This document shows, one piece after another, positions 49,986 to 58,825 of a DNA stretch of 64,000 nucleotides. The first letter of the stretch is position 1, and every line of letters starts with the position of its first letter. Where the stretch lies: contig OY763927.2 of the NCBI GenBank assembly GCA_963667665.2, positions 1,536,001 through 1,600,000 of the forward strand. Direction: 5' to 3'. The notes beneath the pieces are model-generated. The model searched no databases. It worked only from the letters and a program-made list of their open reading frames with translations, and had not been told where the DNA came from. The position numbers and the translations under genes were made by a program. The DNA comes from Nitrosopumilus sp. Its GTDB lineage: Archaea; Thermoproteota; Nitrososphaeria; Nitrososphaerales; Nitrosopumilaceae.

Positions 49986-50216
49986 TTGTTGGGATATTTA
50001 GGAAATCACTTAGCAACAGTAACAACTGGAGTTTTTGCTGCAGTATTAACAGGGCTTTGGCCATATTTTATTGACTTTGCACCAGACATGAACACTATTT
50101 TTCTCATATCAGTTCCTATTACATGGTTTCTTACATTGATGTGTTGGTTATCCCAAAAAAGTACTGATTACATGCATAAACAAGCACATACTGACATACA
50201 AAAAAAGCTAGAGTAA
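49986..50216 (+). CDS. Two-TM membrane protein, possibly frameshifted from a downstream coiled-coil frame
   Basis: Two hydrophobic segments; stop-free +1 frame 50212-50463 lacks a start codon. Confidence 0.6.
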   Translation: MLGYLGNHLATVTTGVFAAVLTGLWPYFIDFAPDMNTIFLISVPITWFLTLMCWLSQKSTDYMHKQAHTDIQKKLE

Positions 50217-50413
50217 GACACAAACAATTGTTACTACAACTTATCACATCAATCTTTTTGAAATAAAACAAATACAAGATGAATCATTTTCTGAACTAAA
50301 TGACATTAAAGAATCTATAAAACTAAAAGATAGTGAAATTGATAGATTAAATCAAGAAATTTCTAATCTACAAACTCTTGTTCAGATTGAATCACTAAAA
50401 ATAAAAAATAAGT

Positions 50414-50533
50414 CTAATCTTCACAATGACAACATACTACACCATGATTATTCTTACAACTAGGGCAACTTACAGCACCACCATAATGGCATTTACATGA
50501 ACACAATTCAGTCGGATCTTTTTTCAAACTCAA
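50414..50533 (-). CDS. Cys/His-rich metallothionein-like microprotein (39 aa; not in ORF track)
   Basis: TTG start: MSLKKDPTELCSCKCHYGGAVSCPSCKNNHGVVCCHCED* (8 Cys, 3 His); TATA-like AATATTAA about 25 nt upstream. Confidence 0.6.
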   Translation of the reverse strand: MSLKKDPTELCSCKCHYGGAVSCPSCKNNHGVVCCHCED

Positions 50534-50848
50534 TAGTATGATATTTCTGTCATGTTAATATTTTACGTTTGAACATAAATGAATTGGAATAAATTTTTTA
50601 TTCTCAATATGAAATTCTTCCATAATATCTAAAAATATAATCTTTGTACGTATTATTACAACTAGCTAGTTAACTATTGGATTTTTTAATACAAATTTTT
50701 GATAATACTAAATCTCTTACAGGAAATAATTATTGAACAATACACTTTGCTAAAATTTCTTTTAATGAAAATAATTCTCATGAAATTCAAATTAAAAATA
50801 TTTTTGATAGTAGTTATATTATCAAAATCTTTATATAATATCTACACT

Positions 50849-51379
50849 TTAACCTTGATGCAACTTAGAAGCAAGTTCCAAAGTTTCATCTACCATTTCT
50901 TTTAGTCTATTTTGTGCATCCACATCTGAAACAGAATTATCAGTAAAAGCTTCTGTTGTTAGAAAAACAGCCTTTGGATTTGCTACTACTCTAAAGTATG
51001 ATAGTAGTTGTGTGACTAATGTCTGGACATCCGTGAAACCAATATTTCCAGAAGCTAAAATTGCCATTCCTGCTACCTTTCCAGCAGTTTTTTTATAATT
51101 GATATATTCAAACAAATTTTTTAATGCTGCACTAAAAAATGAATTGTAGATAGGAGTTCCTATTATCCAAACATCCGCATCTGTAATGTCATTTGCAGCT
51201 GTGTTTGTGGCTTCATTGTATTCTTCACCGTATCCTCTATAGCATTCAATTTGACCATCTGAAAGATTAATCAATTTTGTGTCTTGGTTTTTTGATTTAG
51301 CATAATTATAAACATACTTCATCATAACTTGTGTAACAGCATTTTTTCTTGGACTTCCAGAAATAACTACAACTTTCAC
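50849..51379 (-). CDS. NADPH-dependent FMN reductase
   Basis: ISGSPRK, GTPIYNSFFSAALKN. Confidence 0.9.
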   Translation of the reverse strand: MKVVVISGSPRKNAVTQVMMKYVYNYAKSKNQDTKLINLSDGQIECYRGYGEEYNEATNTAANDITDADVWIIGTPIYNSFFSAALKNLFEYINYKKTAGKVAGMAILASGNIGFTDVQTLVTQLLSYFRVVANPKAVFLTTEAFTDNSVSDVDAQNRLKEMVDETLELASKLHQG

Positions 51380-51431
51380 ATCTTCAGCAATTTATCTTTG
51401 TATATAAATTCCCACGACTCTTAAAATTTAA

Positions 51432-51523
51432 CGGGCTTGGAGGGCTTCGATCCCTCGACCTGTACCTTAGGAGAGTACCACGCTATCCATGTTTCGCGTC
51501 AAATGACTCTGCGCCACAAGCCC
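51432..51523 (-). tRNA. tRNA-Arg(CCT) with 17-nt D-loop intron (51492-51508)
   Basis: GGGCTTG/CAAGCCC-G acceptor; anticodon arm GTACT-CTCCTAA-GGTAC; removing AGTCATTTGACGCGAAA gives D-loop AGCATGGATA and a 75-nt tRNA. Confidence 0.9.
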
Positions 51524-51548
51524 AGCAAAAAAAACCACTCTTAATTAT

Positions 51549-52259
51549 TTAAGCGTAATCAAAATTATCTTTGATCATTTCTTTAATTCCATTCCAATTT
51601 TTATTTTCTTTGTCGTTCCATTTTTCAAAATACACAACATCTTTTAGATCAAGTCTTGGTAACCAATTTGCAGTCTCAAGATCTGGTTTTTCTGCAAATT
51701 CATTCACATATCCTAAACACAAGTATGCAACAGGAATGACATGTTCTGGTAATGACAGAGTTTCTTTTAGTGTTTCATTTGAAAGAATACTTACCCATCC
51801 AAGACCTACTCCTTCTGTTCTTGCTGATAACCATAAATTTTGGATTGCACAACATACACTGTATAGTCCTGCTTCAGGTATGCTTGATCTTCCAATAACA
51901 AAAGGACCAAATTTTGTAGGATCATATGTAACACAAATATTTACTGGAGATTCTAAAATTCCCTCTAGCTTGAATGAAAGATATTTTGATTTCTTTGGTT
52001 CTTCAACTAATTTTGATGAACGATCTTTTTCTTCTTCAAAAGATTCTTTGATTTTCTTTTTTGTTTCAATATCTTTTATCAAGATGAAATTCCACGGTTG
52101 AGAAAATCCTACTGATGGGGCATGATGTGCAGCATGTAATATTTTTGATAAAATATCATCTTCTATAGATTTTGAGATAAAATGAGATCTTACATCTCTT
52201 CTTGAATAAATTGCCTTATAGAAGCCTCTTTTTTCTTCTTCAGTAAAATCCTCTGTCAA
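51549..52259 (-). CDS. bluB: 5,6-dimethylbenzimidazole synthase
   Basis: SRRDVR, APSVGFSQPW, KLEGILES, SVCCAIQNLWL...GWVSIL. Confidence 0.93.
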   Translation of the reverse strand: MTEDFTEEEKRGFYKAIYSRRDVRSHFISKSIEDDILSKILHAAHHAPSVGFSQPWNFILIKDIETKKKIKESFEEEKDRSSKLVEEPKKSKYLSFKLEGILESPVNICVTYDPTKFGPFVIGRSSIPEAGLYSVCCAIQNLWLSARTEGVGLGWVSILSNETLKETLSLPEHVIPVAYLCLGYVNEFAEKPDLETANWLPRLDLKDVVYFEKWNDKENKNWNGIKEMIKDNFDYA

Positions 52260-52341
52260 CTATTTCACACTTTTTTCCTTTTTATTCATCCTTTCTTTTG
52301 TTAAACGTTAATAATACTAGTATCTAGTCTTGTTTTTCAAT

Positions 52342-52415
52342 GGGCCGGTAGTCTAGCTGGTTAGGATACCGCCTCGACACGGCGGTGATCGTGAGTTCGA
52401 ATCTCACTCGGCCCA
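52342..52415 (+). tRNA. tRNA-Val(GAC)
   Basis: GGGCCGG/TCGGCCC-A acceptor; CCGCC-TCGACAC-GGCGG; GTGAG-TTCGAAT-CTCAC; T-rich terminator follows. Confidence 0.93.
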
Positions 52416-52426
52416 CTTTTTTTTAA

Positions 52427-52921
52427 TTAAAATCCGGTTTTGAATTCTTTGTCAATTGTCATCCATGCAGATTGTGTAGTAACACTTCCTTCTGCTGAAA
52501 AACTAGTAATTCTATTTTCTATAGCATCTTGATAAATTTCTGAGTTAACTTCAGATTTTTCAAGAACAAATATATTTTTCAAAGAAAGTTCCACACCTGG
52601 CAAAAATGTAGCTCTTCCAGGCATTGAAATATCTACTGTAGAATATTGTCCTGAACCAAGTAGTATTCCATCACCGTAAAGTTGGTATCCAATTAGTGGA
52701 ACTGTGAATGTTTTATCACTTGGATTCTTTACAAGAAATGTAACATCAAATTTTGCTTGATTATCTATTGTACTAACATCTCTTAGTTCTACATTTATTA
52801 ATTCAATTTCAACTTGTTCAATCTCCACAGAATCGAGATTACCATAATAAAAAATTCCTCCCATCAAAGCTAAACATCCAACTAATGCAGCATAAATTGT
52901 CATCTTGCTTTGAAGTGCCAT
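52427..52921 (-). CDS. Membrane-anchored LEA_2/WHy-like protein
   Basis: N-terminal TM, FLVKNPS, GYQLYGDGILLGSG. Confidence 0.65.
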   Translation of the reverse strand: MALQSKMTIYAALVGCLALMGGIFYYGNLDSVEIEQVEIELINVELRDVSTIDNQAKFDVTFLVKNPSDKTFTVPLIGYQLYGDGILLGSGQYSTVDISMPGRATFLPGVELSLKNIFVLEKSEVNSEIYQDAIENRITSFSAEGSVTTQSAWMTIDKEFKTGF

Positions 52922-53003
52922 TTCAATGCTTTCAGATTATGTACAACTAAAAAAGGTTGTTAAGATCCAAATACATAATATTTGATTCTAAATATGATAT
53001 TTT

Positions 53004-53501
53004 ATGACTGTACTAGAGCAAGCAATTCTCACTTGGATTCATCTTATTGCAGCTGCAATATGGGTTGGTGGTTCACTTTTCATTGGAATTGTATTTTCTC
53101 CACTTCTAAAAACAATGACTGATTCTCTTGAAGAAAGAATGAAAATAATGATTCGTGTTGGAAAACGATTTAACAAAATTGCTGTTCCTGCATTAATTAT
53201 TTTAATGGCTACTGGATTGTATAATTCTCATGTATTGCTTAGTAAACCTGAACTTCTTGTTTCAACAAGCTATGGAACATTTTTAATTGTTAAAATAATT
53301 CTAGTCATTGCACTAGTAATCACATATGCAGTACATGTTCGAGTAATTCGTAAAGACGTTGAAGAAAAAATTATGTCTAATCAAATGTCAGAGCCACAAA
53401 TTCAAAAATTAAGAAAAAAAATCATTATTCTTGGGGAAGTAACAGTATTTCTGTCAATAGCAATTCTGTTTTTTGCATCATTACTTGATGCTGGAGTTTG
53501 A
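53004..53501 (+). CDS. CopD-like membrane protein
   Basis: WIHLIAAAIWVGG, ATGLYN, YGTFLIVK. Confidence 0.8.
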   Translation: MTVLEQAILTWIHLIAAAIWVGGSLFIGIVFSPLLKTMTDSLEERMKIMIRVGKRFNKIAVPALIILMATGLYNSHVLLSKPELLVSTSYGTFLIVKIILVIALVITYAVHVRVIRKDVEEKIMSNQMSEPQIQKLRKKIIILGEVTVFLSIAILFFASLLDAGV

Positions 53502-54518
53502 GATCCCCTCAATAATTACTTCAAATCCCTTAGTTAATTTCCCAATTCCGTATTTACAACCTGTAATTTTTGATGTAACAAACAAATTTGTCTCCAAGTG
53601 TTTTGTAATCTCTCTTACCTGAAATATTGTTTTTTTCTGACTTAAACTTGCAGGAACTACAAGCATATCTGCTAAATTTTCATCTACACCTAGTTGATTT
53701 TTAACAAATTTATCAAAATCTAAATCAAATCTCTGTGTTTTTTTATTAAACAATGCATCAACTCCTATAATTGAATGTTCATCAATACTGTAAATTAACA
53801 AAGATGCCCCTGAATCTATTGCTTCCTGATTTTTAATTTCTGTTTCAACAATGAATTTTTTTTCAGTTAATCTTTCTTTGATTTCTACAATTTGATTTTT
53901 AATTTTTTCAATTGAAAGTTTTGAAAATGTACAAATTAATTTAACAGAATTTGTTTTTCTTTCTGTAAGTGATATTGGTTTTACACGAGATGGATATATT
54001 TGTAAATTAATTTCTCCACTACCTTTTGGATAGTAACCACGTTTACTCAATTTAACTGAAAATTCTATTCCCATTCTTGAATATGCCTCTCTTAGTACAT
54101 GTTGAGTATAATCAATTGAAGGACTCCAAAGTACATCTGTACCTCCCTTAATTGTCAAATTGAGTTTTTTTTGAGAAATAGCAACTACAGGAATTAAAAC
54201 TTGTAAAATTAAAGAAATGCTTCCAGCTGTTCCTACATCTTCTACTAATTCTAAACTCTCAATTTTGTTTGGAATGAATTTTAATTCAGTAGAGCCTATC
54301 TCTACTCCAATTACTTTAGCATTTGCAATTTTTTGAAGAATTTTTATCGCTGTAAGATGTTGTGGTCTTAATCCTGGAATCTTTCTGTTTTTTCTTATAT
54401 TTTCTAAATGAATTGGTTGTTTTGTAATACACGAAAGTGCAATTGCTGAACGTATTATCTGTCCACCTCCTTCACCAAATCCACCATTAATTTTTAGAAA
54501 ATCCACAGTTTTTTCCAA
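53481..54518 (-). CDS. rtcA: RNA 3'-terminal phosphate cyclase
   Basis: GEGGGQIIR, PGLRPQH, GGTDV, RGYYPKG, catalytic HLETN. Confidence 0.94.
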   Translation of the reverse strand: MEKTVDFLKINGGFGEGGGQIIRSAIALSCITKQPIHLENIRKNRKIPGLRPQHLTAIKILQKIANAKVIGVEIGSTELKFIPNKIESLELVEDVGTAGSISLILQVLIPVVAISQKKLNLTIKGGTDVLWSPSIDYTQHVLREAYSRMGIEFSVKLSKRGYYPKGSGEINLQIYPSRVKPISLTERKTNSVKLICTFSKLSIEKIKNQIVEIKERLTEKKFIVETEIKNQEAIDSGASLLIYSIDEHSIIGVDALFNKKTQRFDLDFDKFVKNQLGVDENLADMLVVPASLSQKKTIFQVREITKHLETNLFVTSKITGCKYGIGKLTKGFEVIIEGISNSSIK

Positions 54519-54569
54519 TTACAACTCTTTATGATAGTTTTTTTAAAAAGAAATTATCTATATTTCTGT

Positions 54570-55064
54570 ATGAACGGTTTGTTGATTGGGAGATTCCAAC
54601 CTTTTCACTTGGGACATCTTGAAGCATTACAATTTGCACTATCAAAAGTTGATAAATTATGGGTAGGTTTGGGCAGCTCTAACAAACCTGCACAAAAAAA
54701 CAATCCTTTCTCAGCTGAGGAACGAAAAGAGATGATTCTGTCTTCAATTGATGATTCAATAAAAAAGAGAATTTCAATTTATTTTATTCCAGATTTGGAT
54801 AATCATGTAAAATGGATTGAAAAAATAGATACTATTGTTCCAAAATTTGATATAGTTTTTTCAAACGATGAATTAACAAAACATCTGTATTCAAAAAGGA
54901 CAATTCAAATAATTACTATCCCATTTTTGAAAAGAGATGTATTGTCTGGAGCTAAGATTCGAGATTTAATTACTAGCGATCAAAAATGGGATGATCTAGT
55001 CCCTGAGGGCACCAAAAATTTTTTGATTAACAATGGTGCAAAAGAATATTTGAAAAATCTCTAA
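54570..55064 (+). CDS. nadM: Nicotinamide-nucleotide adenylyltransferase
   Basis: GRFQPFHLGH, NPFSAEER, SGAKIR. Confidence 0.93.
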   Translation: MNGLLIGRFQPFHLGHLEALQFALSKVDKLWVGLGSSNKPAQKNNPFSAEERKEMILSSIDDSIKKRISIYFIPDLDNHVKWIEKIDTIVPKFDIVFSNDELTKHLYSKRTIQIITIPFLKRDVLSGAKIRDLITSDQKWDDLVPEGTKNFLINNGAKEYLKNL

Positions 55065-55106
55065 TTATAAATAAACCCAATATCTCATTGACATCGTAGA
55101 TTACAA

Positions 55107-56255
55107 ATGGAATATCTTTCAATGCTCCCAGGTCCAACAAATGTACCTAATAGAGTAATGAGAGCAATGCTTGCACCTATCATTAATCACCGAAGTGATG
55201 ATTTTGTAGAATTATACACTGATGTTGTTGAAAAAACTCAAAAAGTATTTGAAACACAAAATGATATTGTGGCTTTATCTGCATCTGGAACAGGTGCAGT
55301 GGAAGCAGGAGTAATTAATCTAGTTAAAAAAGGTGATAAAATCATAATTCCAGTAAATGGAGAATTTAGTAATAGATTATCACAACTCATTGAAGGTCAA
55401 GGAGCTAATGTTGTTAAACTTGAAACTCCACCAGGACAAAATGCAACTTTTGATCAAGTAAAAGAAGCATTTGATAACAATAAAGATGTTAAAGCATTCT
55501 ACGTTGTTCACAATGAAACTTCTACTGGAACAATGGTAAATTATCTTGATAAAGTATCTGACTTAACATCTAGAAATGATGCATTTTACGTTGTAGATTC
55601 TGTTTCTTTACTTGGTGGTGTTGAACTTCCAGTAGATAAATGGAATATTGATGTATGTCTAACTGGAGCACAAAAAGCACTTGCTGCCCCTCCAGGTATT
55701 TCACCAATATCTGTAAGTGCCAAAGCCAAAAAATACATGATAGCAAACCCACCATCCACAATGTACTTCAATTTAGCGAGATACTTCCAATATTATGAAG
55801 AATCAAAACATACTCCTTTCACTCCTGCATTACCTTTACTTTATGCATACAGAGAAGCACTAACAATAATGTTAGAAGAAGGACTACAAAATGTCTATAA
55901 ACGTCACAAGATTTGTTCTGATGCACTATATTTTGGATTAAGTGCAATTGGTTTAACACCATATGTTACAAACGAAGAAGATCGTTCGATCTCAATTGTT
56001 GCATTAAATTATTTGGATGGACTAGAAGACAAAACTTTCAGAAGCACACTAGCAGATAAATTCAAAGTCTTAGTAGCAGGTGGATTTGGAAATCTTAAAG
56101 GAAAAGTATTCAGAGTTGGATGTATGGGAGAAGTTAGTCCATATCATGTAATGAGAACCATTTCTGCAATTTCATCTACCTTAGCAATGATGGGATATGA
56201 TACAGATGCTAAAGCAGGACTCAGTGCTGCAGAAGAAAAACTAAAAGCTCTCTAA
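55107..56255 (+). CDS. Class V aminotransferase (serine-pyruvate / alanine-glyoxylate type)
   Basis: PGPT, SGTGA, HNETSTG, GAQKALAAPPG, FRVGCMG. Confidence 0.93.
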   Translation: MEYLSMLPGPTNVPNRVMRAMLAPIINHRSDDFVELYTDVVEKTQKVFETQNDIVALSASGTGAVEAGVINLVKKGDKIIIPVNGEFSNRLSQLIEGQGANVVKLETPPGQNATFDQVKEAFDNNKDVKAFYVVHNETSTGTMVNYLDKVSDLTSRNDAFYVVDSVSLLGGVELPVDKWNIDVCLTGAQKALAAPPGISPISVSAKAKKYMIANPPSTMYFNLARYFQYYEESKHTPFTPALPLLYAYREALTIMLEEGLQNVYKRHKICSDALYFGLSAIGLTPYVTNEEDRSISIVALNYLDGLEDKTFRSTLADKFKVLVAGGFGNLKGKVFRVGCMGEVSPYHVMRTISAISSTLAMMGYDTDAKAGLSAAEEKLKAL

Positions 56256-56296
56256 ACTCTGTTAACTTAATATTAGGAAATTCGAGACCGATCACA

Positions 56297-57043
56297 TTGA
56301 CTTTCAATAAAGGCTCATTAATTCTAGTAGACTATACTGCAAAGGTAAAAGATAATGACGAAGTATTTGATACCACCATTGAAGAGGATGCAAAAAAACA
56401 TTCTATTCATGAACAAAATGTCAAATATCAACCAAAACTAGTTTCAATTGGTGAAGTATCTTATCCAGTTCTCAAAGGATTAGATGAAGCACTTGCAAAA
56501 ACATCTGTTGGAGATAAACTAACAGTTGAAGTTACGCCTGACAAAGGTTTTGGTGAAAGAGATTCTAAAAAAGTTAGAATGATTCCTATTAGAAAACTTG
56601 GTGAAGATGCAGAGAAAGTTTCAGTAGGTGATACAATTGAAGTTGACAATAAAAGAGGAATTATTCGTTTAATGGGATCTGGTAGAGTCCAAATAGATTA
56701 CAATCACAGATACGCAGGAAAAACAATTCTATATGATGTAAATGTAATCAAATCACTTGATTCTCCAAGTGATAAGGTAGATGGAATTCTTAAAAACAGA
56801 TTACCTGTAGAAGATACAAAAATTGCATTTGACTTGAAGGATAAAGAAGTAAACATTACAATTCCTGAAGAAATTTTACGTGCAGATGGTTTACAAATAA
56901 TGAAACATTTTATTCAATTAGATATCTTCAAGTTTGTTCCAACTTTAGAAAAAACAAGTTTTGTGGAAACACATGTCAATAAACAAACTCAAGAAAAGAA
57001 ATCTGAAACAAAAGAAAAAGCACCTGAACAAAAGGCTGCTTAA
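56297..57043 (+). CDS. FKBP-type PPIase (long SlyD-like)
   Basis: VFDTT, GLDEAL, GFGERD, DYNHRYAGK. Confidence 0.92.
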   Translation: MTFNKGSLILVDYTAKVKDNDEVFDTTIEEDAKKHSIHEQNVKYQPKLVSIGEVSYPVLKGLDEALAKTSVGDKLTVEVTPDKGFGERDSKKVRMIPIRKLGEDAEKVSVGDTIEVDNKRGIIRLMGSGRVQIDYNHRYAGKTILYDVNVIKSLDSPSDKVDGILKNRLPVEDTKIAFDLKDKEVNITIPEEILRADGLQIMKHFIQLDIFKFVPTLEKTSFVETHVNKQTQEKKSETKEKAPEQKAA

Positions 57044-57044
57044 A

Positions 57045-58109
57045 TTAAATTACTTTAGTACTCTTTGCAAGGCTTAATGCTCTTTTTTCAGTCATTTTAA
57101 TTTCTTTTAAAATTGTATATCTTTTTGGTCGTAGTCCTTGTGCCATAATTAGAGCTTTTATTATTACATCTGGTTTAAGACCAATTTGTTTTGCAGTTGT
57201 TGGGGCTCCAACATCTTTTAGTGTCTTTACAATTTTTTTCCAATCTTGTCCTTGTAATTTTGCCATCATTATAGAACCAATCCCACATTTCTCTCCATGA
57301 AATCCAATGTCTGGAGCAATTTTGTCAAGTGCATGTGAAAAAAGATGTTCTGCACCAGAACATGGTCTACTACTCCCTGCAATACATGATGCTACTCCTG
57401 CACTGATCAATCCTTCTACAATCACTCTTGCATCCAATCCTTCCTTTGCAAATTTAGAAGAATTCTCCATAACTATCTTAGCACTCATCATGGCTAGATC
57501 TGCCGCATATCTTCCATAGTATTCCTTCTTTTTTTTATGACCTAATTGCCAATCCTTTACTGCTATAATATTTGCAATAAGATCTCCACAACCACTAGCT
57601 AACAATCTAGCAGGAGCTTTTCTAATTATATCAATATCTACAAAAACACCCATAGGTGCAGATGCCACAATTGAATGTGGTAAGTCACTTTTTATAGAAA
57701 CAAATGGACTTGCCATTCCATCATGAGAAGCTGCAGTTGGTAAGCTTACGAATGGTTTACCTAAATTATATGAAATTAATTTTGCTGTATCTACAGAACG
57801 ACCTCCACCAATTCCAACTATTAAGTCCGAATTGTCTTTTTTAACATCTTTTTGAATTTTATTCAATGATTTTATTTGATTATCTTTTGATGTATGCCAA
57901 ATATATCGAATTTTTTTTGTTTTCAGAGATTTTTCAATTTTTTTCCTTAAAACCTTTTGAACATTTGTTCCAGATATCAAAGAAACTTTTTTTGGTTTGT
58001 TTAATGAATTTAGAAATTTTCCAAAATCACCAATATTTTTCTCACCAATTACAATGAGCCTAGGAAGTTCCATCGTATGCGATTGCATGCGATCCTGATT
58101 TTTTGTCAT
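57045..58109 (-). CDS. egsA: sn-glycerol-1-phosphate dehydrogenase
   Basis: GIGGGRSVD, PTAASHDG, SSRPCSGAEH, HGE; true start may be 58088. Confidence 0.95.
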   Translation of the reverse strand: MTKNQDRMQSHTMELPRLIVIGEKNIGDFGKFLNSLNKPKKVSLISGTNVQKVLRKKIEKSLKTKKIRYIWHTSKDNQIKSLNKIQKDVKKDNSDLIVGIGGGRSVDTAKLISYNLGKPFVSLPTAASHDGMASPFVSIKSDLPHSIVASAPMGVFVDIDIIRKAPARLLASGCGDLIANIIAVKDWQLGHKKKKEYYGRYAADLAMMSAKIVMENSSKFAKEGLDARVIVEGLISAGVASCIAGSSRPCSGAEHLFSHALDKIAPDIGFHGEKCGIGSIMMAKLQGQDWKKIVKTLKDVGAPTTAKQIGLKPDVIIKALIMAQGLRPKRYTILKEIKMTEKRALSLAKSTKVI

Positions 58110-58185
58110 TATTTATGATTTTCAGGGATCAAAAAGTTATTTAAAAGGGAACCTGCAACTCACTTTATCTTAATAGGTGTAATTT

Positions 58186-58818
58186 TTGTCAAACAACGTT
58201 GAAGAAAAAATTCTGCATGGGACTACCACTGTAGGTATCAAAGCTACCGATGGTGTTGTGTTATGTGCTGATATGAGAGCAAGTGCAGGTTATTTTATTG
58301 CGAATAATAACACAATGAAAATTCAAAAAATTGATTTGCACGCAGGATTAACCTTGGCTGGTGGCGTGGCTGACGCACAAAATATTGTTGATATTTTACG
58401 TTATCATTCTAATCTACACAGAGTTGAAAAATCAAGTCCAATTTCAATTCATTCACTTGCTAGACTTTGCTCATTGATATTCCATCAAAATCGAGGTTAT
58501 CCATTCATGGCTGATATCTTACTTGGTGGTTATGATGCAAACGGTCCTGCATTGTTTAACATCGATATGTTTGGATCAGTTGAAGAGAAATCATATGTTA
58601 CAACTGGTAGTGGTTCACCAGTAGCTTATGGTTTACTTGAAGAGGAATATCAAAAAGATATTACAGTTGAAGAAGCAAAAAAAATAGCTTTACGAGCTGT
58701 TAAAGCTGCAATAGTTAGAAATATTGGTACTGGTGATGGAATTAACATCTCAGTAATGGATAAAGATGGATTCCGTCTTTTGACCGATGAACAAAAGAAA
58801 ACAGTCATCGAACTTTAG
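58186..58818 (+). CDS. psmB: Proteasome beta subunit
   Basis: HG/TTTVG propeptide site, AGGVADAQ, GSGS. Confidence 0.96.
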   Translation: MSNNVEEKILHGTTTVGIKATDGVVLCADMRASAGYFIANNNTMKIQKIDLHAGLTLAGGVADAQNIVDILRYHSNLHRVEKSSPISIHSLARLCSLIFHQNRGYPFMADILLGGYDANGPALFNIDMFGSVEEKSYVTTGSGSPVAYGLLEEEYQKDITVEEAKKIALRAVKAAIVRNIGTGDGINISVMDKDGFRLLTDEQKKTVIEL

Positions 58819-58825
58819 TGATTTT

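Noticed and set aside
50699-50905. 68-aa I/L/K/F-rich ORF
   Set aside because: Composition expected from AT-rich intergenic DNA; overlaps the FMN reductase end
53481-54518. RtcA as an inactive Rcl1-like variant because of VDENLAD
   Set aside because: The catalytic His lies in the HLxTN motif, which is intact (HLETN)
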